A DNA stretch of 58,708 nt from Candidatus Pacearchaeota archaeon (lineage in GTDB: Archaea; Nanobdellota; Nanobdellia; Pacearchaeales; GW2011-AR1). Positions 51,964 through 58,708 of this stretch are shown piece after piece; positions within the stretch are counted from its first letter, which is position 1; every line of letters begins with the position of its first letter. Location of the stretch: positions 1 through 58,708 of the forward strand of contig JAGVWU010000006.1 in NCBI GenBank assembly GCA_018304145.1. Direction: 5' to 3'. The position numbers were made by a program, and so were the translations under genes. The notes under the pieces were generated by a model. That model did no database searches. It was not told the DNA's origin and saw nothing but the letters and a program-made list of their open reading frames with translations.

Positions 51964-52200
51964 TTATATTTGAATCAATCTAAATTCTTTTTCAGCAAGT
52001 TGAGCAGCGAATTGCAAAGCTGCTTTAACATGTTCTTTTTTAAGAGGGACAAGGAAATAGTTCAGAATTTCTTCAATTGGAATTCCAGCTTCAAGCAATT
52101 CAAGGACTTGCCAGACCATAATTCTTGTATCTTTAAAAGTGGGAGTTCCTCCACAAATTTCACTGTCTGCAACAATATAAGGGTTAATTTCAATTCTCAT
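51964..52200 (-). CDS. DUF433-type antitoxin
   Basis: IVADSEICGGTPTFKDTRIMVWQVLELLEAGIPIEEIL. Start moved to ATG 52200, which has a TATA-like box 26.5 nt upstream. Confidence 0.65.
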   Translation of the reverse strand: MRIEINPYIVADSEICGGTPTFKDTRIMVWQVLELLEAGIPIEEILNYFLVPLKKEHVKAALQFAAQLAEKEFRLIQI

Positions 52201-52628
52201 TGTAAAAGTATTAAAAATAAGGATTATAAAAAACTTTCGGTGGATATTAGTAATGTTATGAGGGATGGAGCGAATGGAGTAAGTGGGAGCAATGATGAGC
52301 AACAATTAACTACTAATCCTCAATCCTCTCTTGCTTATGATGTCCAGACTGATAATACCCCTACCAAAGCTGACAATGAATTAATTAATAAAAAATAACT
52401 GAGCAAAGCTCAGCTGAAAGTATGGTTAATATTATGCAAGATAATGATGAAGTGGCAAGTAATATGGGGGCAGGTAAGGCAAGTATAGAAGAGATAGCAA
52501 ATAATAAAAAAATAGATTTGTCTAAATTCTCTCTTTATAAACTCGCCTGCTCACTTATTTCAAAGTTATTTATTATTAATATTATTAATAATCAATATAA
52601 AAATAAAAAAAGGAGTTAATAAATAAAA

Positions 52629-53384
52629 ATGGAAGAAGATAAATTTAGGATTATTGCAGAAAACATAAGCAAGAAATTTAAAAGAGATTTTAAGAAAAGA
52701 GACGGCATATTAGGAAAACTTTTAGGTTTTTTAGATAAAGGGCCTTATGCTTGTTTTTATGCTTTGAATGATGTTTCTTTTAATGGAAAAGCAGGAGAGG
52801 TTATTGGAATTATTGGAAGAAATGCTTCTGGAAAAAGCACTTTACTCAGAATTCTTGCAGGAATCTACAAGCCAAATAATGGAAATGTAAAAATCAATGG
52901 AAGAACAGTTTATCTTGGAAGTTTTAATCCCGGATTAAAAACCAAATTAACAATGAGAGAGAATATTTATTTAACTGGCTCTATAATGGGTTTAAGTCAG
53001 TCAGATATAAAAAGAAAATTTGATGAGATAGTAGATTTTTCAGGATTAAAAGATTATGTTGATGCAAGACTTTACCAGTTTTCAACTGGAATGATTACAA
53101 GATTGAATTTTTCAATAATGCTTTTCTGCGTCAAGCATCAGAATCCAGATATTCTGCTTTTGGATGAAATATTTTCAGCAGGAGGTGATGCTGAATTTAG
53201 GGAAAAAGCAATTAAAAAAATGGAGGAACTTATTAAAGGAGGGGCAACTGTTGTTTTAGTCAGCCATGACCTTGCTATTTTGGAGAAATATTGCGATAGA
53301 TTGATATTATTAGATAATGGAAAGGTTATAAGGGAAGGAAAGCCGAGAGAGGTAATTGAGGAGTATATGGATAGTATTAAATAA
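52629..53384 (+). CDS. ABC exporter ATP-binding protein (Wzt/TagH-like)
   Basis: Walker A GRNASGKST, signature FSTGM, Walker B ILLLDE, H-loop SHD. Confidence 0.9.
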   Translation: MEEDKFRIIAENISKKFKRDFKKRDGILGKLLGFLDKGPYACFYALNDVSFNGKAGEVIGIIGRNASGKSTLLRILAGIYKPNNGNVKINGRTVYLGSFNPGLKTKLTMRENIYLTGSIMGLSQSDIKRKFDEIVDFSGLKDYVDARLYQFSTGMITRLNFSIMLFCVKHQNPDILLLDEIFSAGGDAEFREKAIKKMEELIKGGATVVLVSHDLAILEKYCDRLILLDNGKVIREGKPREVIEEYMDSIK

Positions 53385-53398
53385 AAAGGTTTTATTAT

Positions 53399-55969
53399 AT
53401 GAAAACAGCTATAATCACTTACATAGACGATAATGTATCAGAAAATTTTGAAAAAGATTTTTTATATACTTTGAGGGATATTGCAAAATATAATGGCAAA
53501 GTTTATGTTATATACTATGGAAAAAATAAAAGATTCATAGAAAAGATAAAAAGAAAATACCGAGTAAATGTTATTCCTGCAATTAAAAGGTTAAAAGTTT
53601 CTAATCAAAGAAATATGGAAATTGTGAATGTTATTGATAATCTGCCAAAGGACATAAGCAATATCATGTGCATTGATGGCGGGGATGTTTGGTTTCAAAA
53701 TCCAATAGATGGTATTTTTGAACTTACTGAAAATAGTTATGGATTTGTTGAAGAAAATGAAAATGAAAATGCTGATGATAGATTTAATTTATTTTGCATT
53801 AATCAGATTAAAGACAAAAAACTGAGAAATTTTTTTTTTAAAAAAGCAAAAGGATTTAAGCTTGTAAACAGCGGGATGATAGTCGGAAGAAAAGATAGGG
53901 TAAGAAACATCCTTAAAAATATTGCAGAACTGACTCAAAAAATAAATCAAAACTTTTTTGCACTAGATCAGGTAATTTTCAATTATTTTGTTAGAGAAGA
54001 TGGTAGAGGAATCATTATCCCTCGAAAATATAATTATTCTTTGATAACCAATACGAATCAGTTTATCATTAAGAATAGCCTATTTTATGATGAAAACAAT
54101 GAATTGATTGTCATTGTCCATAATTCAGGCTCAGTTTCAAGATTGTTTCCAAACGGCAGGAGAGATATAAAATCTGTTCCAAAGTTTGAAAAAAAGCTTC
54201 CCGGAACTTTTTGGGGTATTACAACCTTTTTTAATCCTGCTAGATACAAAAATAAAATAAAAAATTATAAGAGATTTAGAGAACATACTAAGATGCAGGG
54301 ATTAAATCTTTTAACAGTTGAATTAGCGTTTGGCGATAGGCCGTTTGAACTGAATAAAAATGACGCAGATATTTTAATCCAATTAAGAACAAATAGCATT
54401 TTATGGCAAAAAGAAAGAATGCTTAATATAGGATTAAAAAATTTACCAGATAATTGTGATAAGTTTGCCTGGCTTGATGCAGATATAAGATTTTGCAATG
54501 ATAACTGGATTAAAGATACCTGCAGAATTTTAGAATCTTATGTCATTGTTCAGCCATTTGAATCTGTCATCAGATTACCAAGAGGAATTTATTATATGAA
54601 TCCAAAAAAAATTTCTTTTAGTTTGGACATTGAAAAAGAAGGCTATAAATCTTATGGAATGGCATACAGAATTTCCCAGCTTGGAAAAAGGGCATTAAAA
54701 AATATGTCTCTATACGGGCTTTCTGGTCTTGCTTGGGCAGCTAGAAGAGATGTTTTTGAAAAAAATGGGCTTTTTGACAAATCAATTTTTCCATTTAGCG
54801 ATTTGTTCATGGCACATTCATTCTACAATACAGATGATTTTAGCGCAGATGTTGAATATTTTATTAATAATGATTTGGTAAAAGCTTGTCTTTTGGATTG
54901 GGCAGGAAAAATAAGGAAAATTGTAAAAGACAGTGTTTATTTTACAGAAGGTTCCTTGTTACATTTCTGGCACGGTTATTTAAAAAATAAAAATTATCCT
55001 GAATGCAAAAGAATTTTAAATAAATATAACTTTAATCCAGATAAAGATATTAAAATAGATTCCAATGGTTGCTGGGTTTGGGGTTCTGAAAAGCCAAAAC
55101 TTCATAAAGAGCTTGAAAGATATTTTTTTTTGAGGAATGAAGAAGAATCTATTTTCAATGAATTTTCAAATATTTTTATCAAATTCAAAACAGATTTTTA
55201 TTATAAGTTCGATAGGTGCAAGGGGTTGCTTGGGATTTTTCTTTTAAGGAATTATCCAGATATTTTTTTTAAATTAAAGAAAGTCGAAGATTTTATTACA
55301 CCTTTAAATGAAGATTGTATTAGAAAAATATTGAAAGACAAATGGATTGATTATAAATCAGATAATTATCCCAAAGATAGAAGGATGGAAATACTCAAGG
55401 AAAATGACATTGAATGTATGAGCACAGAAAACATTTGTTTTTTGATTAATGACCTGGTCAGAATGTTTGCAAAAAATGGTACTTATCTTGAAGTTGGTAC
55501 TTACAAAGGAGGTAGTTTGTTAAGTGCAGCCCTATTTAATCAATCTATAAGGTGTATTGGAATTGATAATTTTTCACAATTTAATGAGGATTTAAATACT
55601 GAAAATACATTTAGAAAAAATTTAGCCAATTTTAAAAATCCGAAAAATATTGAATTTTATAATGGCAATTATAAAACGGTGATTAAAGAAATTTTTTTAA
55701 AGGAACCGAATTTAAAAATTAATGTTTATTTTTATGATGGAGATCATTCTTATAAAAATCAGATTACCGGTTTAAATTTAATGTTGCCTTATTTTGCAGA
55801 AAAATGCCTTATTTTTGTTGATGATATTAATTGGAAAAGAGTTGAAAAAGCAAATAAAGATTTTATCAGACAAAATCCTGATTTTAAGTCTGTTTTTAAG
55901 ATAAAAACCAAGGGAAATTGTTCTAAAAACTGGTGGAATGGTATAGAAATTTTAGCCAGAGGATTATAG
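53399..55969 (+). CDS. Large multidomain glycan-biosynthesis protein (two glycosyltransferase-like regions plus C-terminal class I methyltransferase)
   Basis: Central WLDADIRF (DxD-type). C-terminus LEVGTYKGGSLLSAA...FYDGDHSY...FVDDI resembles Methyltransf_24. Confidence 0.6.
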   Translation: MKTAIITYIDDNVSENFEKDFLYTLRDIAKYNGKVYVIYYGKNKRFIEKIKRKYRVNVIPAIKRLKVSNQRNMEIVNVIDNLPKDISNIMCIDGGDVWFQNPIDGIFELTENSYGFVEENENENADDRFNLFCINQIKDKKLRNFFFKKAKGFKLVNSGMIVGRKDRVRNILKNIAELTQKINQNFFALDQVIFNYFVREDGRGIIIPRKYNYSLITNTNQFIIKNSLFYDENNELIVIVHNSGSVSRLFPNGRRDIKSVPKFEKKLPGTFWGITTFFNPARYKNKIKNYKRFREHTKMQGLNLLTVELAFGDRPFELNKNDADILIQLRTNSILWQKERMLNIGLKNLPDNCDKFAWLDADIRFCNDNWIKDTCRILESYVIVQPFESVIRLPRGIYYMNPKKISFSLDIEKEGYKSYGMAYRISQLGKRALKNMSLYGLSGLAWAARRDVFEKNGLFDKSIFPFSDLFMAHSFYNTDDFSADVEYFINNDLVKACLLDWAGKIRKIVKDSVYFTEGSLLHFWHGYLKNKNYPECKRILNKYNFNPDKDIKIDSNGCWVWGSEKPKLHKELERYFFLRNEEESIFNEFSNIFIKFKTDFYYKFDRCKGLLGIFLLRNYPDIFFKLKKVEDFITPLNEDCIRKILKDKWIDYKSDNYPKDRRMEILKENDIECMSTENICFLINDLVRMFAKNGTYLEVGTYKGGSLLSAALFNQSIRCIGIDNFSQFNEDLNTENTFRKNLANFKNPKNIEFYNGNYKTVIKEIFLKEPNLKINVYFYDGDHSYKNQITGLNLMLPYFAEKCLIFVDDINWKRVEKANKDFIRQNPDFKSVFKIKTKGNCSKNWWNGIEILARGL

Positions 55970-56021
55970 TTATAAACTCAAAAGAAAAATTCTTAAATTT
56001 TAATGTGTAGTATAAACCTCA

Positions 56022-56897
56022 TCATGAATTTGGTGATTTAATAACCCCCCAAATAAGTCCTAATTTCCATGAAATTGCAGAAATTACTAGAAAAAGCTTA
56101 TGATTATCATTTTTGGTTGTGAATATTTTAATGAGCAGTAAAATAGTACCTAGATTATTTTTTATACTAAAATCTTTCATCATTATTTCATCCTTAAAAT
56201 TTATGTTTTTCTTATGTTTTTTATATATCTGGGCATTCCAGTAAGCTCGATTAAATTGTAATTTAGCCCATTTAAAAAAAGAATTCTTATGCAAATGCTT
56301 TACTTTAATTTCTATTAAAAATTTTACTTTAACATATTCTCTCATTCTTAAAGCTAAATCATAATCTTCAAGGTTTCCCAAATTTTCATCAAACATTAAT
56401 TCTTTCATTAGTTTAGATTCTATTGCGAAATTCTTGCTATCAAGACTGGCTGTATAACCCTTTTTTAGATGGTTTTGAATAAAATTTAAGTTAGCATTTT
56501 GTATGTTTTTTGTCCAGTAATTTCCTATAAAATCTTCTTCAAATCCCATAACTGCTTTTTCCTTTCCATCCCTTATCTTTTGCGTTATCTTTTTTATCCA
56601 GTCTTGTGAAGCTATACAGTCGCTGTCTATCATAGCAATAATTTTTCCTTTTGCCTTTCTTATTCCAGTATTTCTTGCAGACCCTCTTCCTTTTTTTTCT
56701 TCAAATAAGTACCTTATTCTTTTGTTCTTATTTTGAAATTCATCGATTATTTTTTTTGTTCCATCTGTTGAATTGTTATCTATTACAATAATTTCATAAT
56801 TCTTATAATTTTGATTAAGGACAGAATTTAGGCAATTGTTCAGGGTCTTTTCACTGTTAAATACAGGTATAATAATTGAAATTAAAGGATTTTTCAT
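56022..56897 (-). CDS. Family 2 glycosyltransferase
   Basis: ISIIIPVFNSEKTL...YEIIVIDNNSTDGT...MIDSD. Confidence 0.9.
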   Translation of the reverse strand: MKNPLISIIIPVFNSEKTLNNCLNSVLNQNYKNYEIIVIDNNSTDGTKKIIDEFQNKNKRIRYLFEEKKGRGSARNTGIRKAKGKIIAMIDSDCIASQDWIKKITQKIRDGKEKAVMGFEEDFIGNYWTKNIQNANLNFIQNHLKKGYTASLDSKNFAIESKLMKELMFDENLGNLEDYDLALRMREYVKVKFLIEIKVKHLHKNSFFKWAKLQFNRAYWNAQIYKKHKKNINFKDEIMMKDFSIKNNLGTILLLIKIFTTKNDNHKLFLVISAISWKLGLIWGVIKSPNS

Positions 56898-58000
56898 TTT
56901 TTTATCATACCTTTTATTTTTTCAATAAATACTCTTGTATCAAATTTCTTGGCTTGTTTTTGACAGTCTTTTTTAAATTTCATAGGATTTTTTTCAATCT
57001 CTTTTCCTAATTGTTTTATTGTTTCTATTAGTTTATATTCATTCATATTGTCTATTAATATGCCTGTTTTATGGTTTATTATGGTTTCTTTGTACCCTCC
57101 CTCATTAGGAGCAATAACGGGTTTTCCAGAAGCCATTGCCTCAACAGGAGTCATTCCAAAATCTTCATCTTTTGATGTTGTGATAACTCCCTTGCAATTA
57201 GCATATAATTCTGTTAATTCTTTTTGGTTTATCCAGCTTTTAATTTCTACATTTTCTGGCTTTATTTTTCTGCAATATTCTGCGTATTTTAAAAAATGTT
57301 TTGCTTTTTCATAACTTCCTATAATGATTAATTTCTCATTTGATAGTTTTGAAAAAGCTTTCAGTTGAAGGTCTATTTTTTTGTTTGCCAATAAACGATT
57401 TACAGACAGCCAGTAACCCCTGGATTTTTTATAATGATATTTTGAGGTTTCTGTTGGAGGATAAATTATTATTGAATCTCTTTCAAGATATTTTTTTATT
57501 CTTTTTTGAACATTTTCTGATATGCTAATTATCTTGTTAATATATTTTACATCGTGTTTATTAATAATTCTCCTAAAAAAAACCCATATGTCAAAAAAAG
57601 GCCTTTTCCAAAAGTCAACAATATTATTTCTTGTATATTCATACAAATCCCATATTTCCCGTGTTGGAGAATAAACATACCATAAATTTGGCTTATTATG
57701 TATTGCTCCTGACATTGCCCAATCGCCAGCTATAATGTAAAAATCATAATGTTTTTTGAATTGTTTTTCTATGCCTAAAAATCTGAATTTCCAGTATGCA
57801 AATTCCTGTTTAAAAGGAGGGTTAATTGGGATTTTTCCAATTGAATAGATGTTATTTGTATTAAAACCCATTTTTTCAATTTTTTCTTTGTCTATATTTG
57901 TTGTATAAATATCTGCGTTTAATTCTCTTGCAAGAACTAAATCCACATATTCTGCTCCTCCTATGTTGTCCATATAATTATGGAAAATTGCTATTTTCAT
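56894..58000 (-). CDS. Family 4 (GT-B) glycosyltransferase
   Basis: EDFGMTPVEAMASGKPVIAPNEGGYKETI is an E(x7)E-type C-terminal motif. 4-nt overlap with the GT2 gene. Confidence 0.9.
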   Translation of the reverse strand: MKIAIFHNYMDNIGGAEYVDLVLARELNADIYTTNIDKEKIEKMGFNTNNIYSIGKIPINPPFKQEFAYWKFRFLGIEKQFKKHYDFYIIAGDWAMSGAIHNKPNLWYVYSPTREIWDLYEYTRNNIVDFWKRPFFDIWVFFRRIINKHDVKYINKIISISENVQKRIKKYLERDSIIIYPPTETSKYHYKKSRGYWLSVNRLLANKKIDLQLKAFSKLSNEKLIIIGSYEKAKHFLKYAEYCRKIKPENVEIKSWINQKELTELYANCKGVITTSKDEDFGMTPVEAMASGKPVIAPNEGGYKETIINHKTGILIDNMNEYKLIETIKQLGKEIEKNPMKFKKDCQKQAKKFDTRVFIEKIKGMIKK

Positions 58001-58001
58001 A

Positions 58002-58625
58002 CTATAAATTTTTAAGTTTATTGTAAATTCTTGGAGAAACTTTTTTTATCAAAATTCCAAGAATTCCTATAATCTTGTCTAGGTTTATATAGATTTTTTG
58101 AGAAATATGATGTTTATTATCCTCTAAATTCATTTGAGATAAGTCGGATTTATCTTTTAAGTTTTCAATTATAAGTTTATTTTTAATTTTTTTTGCAAAG
58201 GTTATAGAATCAACAAAACTTATAATTTTGAAACGATTAGAATTATTAATTTTTTCAGAAACAACTCTTTTTACCCCCTCTAATTCTATACCTGTATCTT
58301 TTAGAACTGGAAAAATATTTTTTGAAGTTTTGGAATCATGAAATGCAATCAACCCTCCAATAACAAGATAAGGTTCCCAGAATATAAAATCTTTTTTAAC
58401 ATCTTTATATTCATGACTTCCATCAATCCATAGAAAATTTATAGGCATTTTCCAATGTTTTACTGCATCTTCTGATTTTTTAATAATATGAATAATTTTT
58501 TCTTCAACATTTGAATTTTTAATATTTTTATTAAACTCTATTGAAGAATCTTCAAAAGACTTATGAGAATAGACTCTTCCATTTTTATATTTGATATGAG
58601 GATCAATTGCTGTGTTATCCCATAA
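58002..58625 (-). pseudogene. Methyltransf_24-like methyltransferase lacking the SAM-binding N-terminal part (truncated or frameshifted)
   Basis: The frame is open from 58625. AIDPH...FLWIDGSHEYKDVKKDF..GGLIAFHD matches the middle and C-terminal part of the fold. No in-frame ATG occurs before 58448. An upstream ATG (MKKHNKINLSLGNNYG) is in another frame. Confidence 0.4.
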
Positions 58626-58708
58626 TTATTTCCTAACGACAAATTAATCTTATTATGTTTTTTCATATTAAATACAATCTCCCTTGCTTTTTCTTTCTTG
58701 CATATGCT

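Noticed and set aside
51586-52398. 270-aa plus-strand ORF, Ser/Asn/Phe-rich
   Set aside because: It is antisense to the well-supported DUF5615 and DUF433 genes and is low-complexity. It is a shadow ORF of an AT-rich region.
52422-52619. 65-aa plus-strand ORF upstream of the ABC ATPase gene
   Set aside because: It has an Ile/Asn/Lys-rich tail and no SD or TATA at the expected distance. It lies in the spacer created by the TA insertion. Left uncalled.
1-58708. CRISPR array
   Set aside because: The many hairpin repeats are neither regularly spaced nor identical in tandem. No array and no cas genes were seen.

Overview
This window is a visibly AT-rich (roughly 30 percent GC by eye, not computed), very gene-dense archaeal chromosome segment. 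Gene content fits a small-genome DPANN-type archaeon. Archaeal hallmarks: ribosomal proteins L7Ae-S28e-L24e and S24e-S27ae, RNAP subunit Rpo7 with Spt4, Kae1, Elp3, two-subunit PheRS and a type IV pilin-like protein. Other housekeeping genes: a GluRS catalytic core, PPDK, adenylate kinase, UMP kinase, UppP, ScpA and an Rpp30-like protein. There are four tRNAs (His-GUG, Trp-CCA, Glu-UUC, and Ile-UAU with a 100-nt intron) and three toxin-antitoxin pairs. The 3' end holds an ABC-exporter/glycosyltransferase glycan cluster. Many start codons lie 25-26 nt downstream of the centre of a TTTATAAA box, suggesting leaderless mRNAs, and several divergent gene pairs share one palindromic box. The most unusual observations are: (1) a near-consensus bacterial sigma-70 factor encoded head-to-head with rpo7; (2) an 80-nt, 86 percent identical in-frame copy of an internal PPDK segment inside that sigma gene; (3) hairpin/palindromic elements, at least three of them recognisable dispersed repeat families, found in intergenic regions, filling the tRNA-Ile intron, and inserted without breaking the reading frame inside pheT, a YchF/Obg-type GTPase and elp3; (4) a tRNA-His / HisG-HisE fusion / HisRS-like cluster; (5) a GluRS cut off exactly at the anticodon-binding domain boundary; (6) an ORF-free, strongly structured candidate RNA locus near 10.4 kb; (7) a P-loop kinase fused to an NYN nuclease; (8) a consensus K-turn in the L7Ae leader. 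No rRNA, CRISPR array, integrase or transposase gene was seen. All calls come from reading the sequence and the ORF translations by eye; no database search was run.
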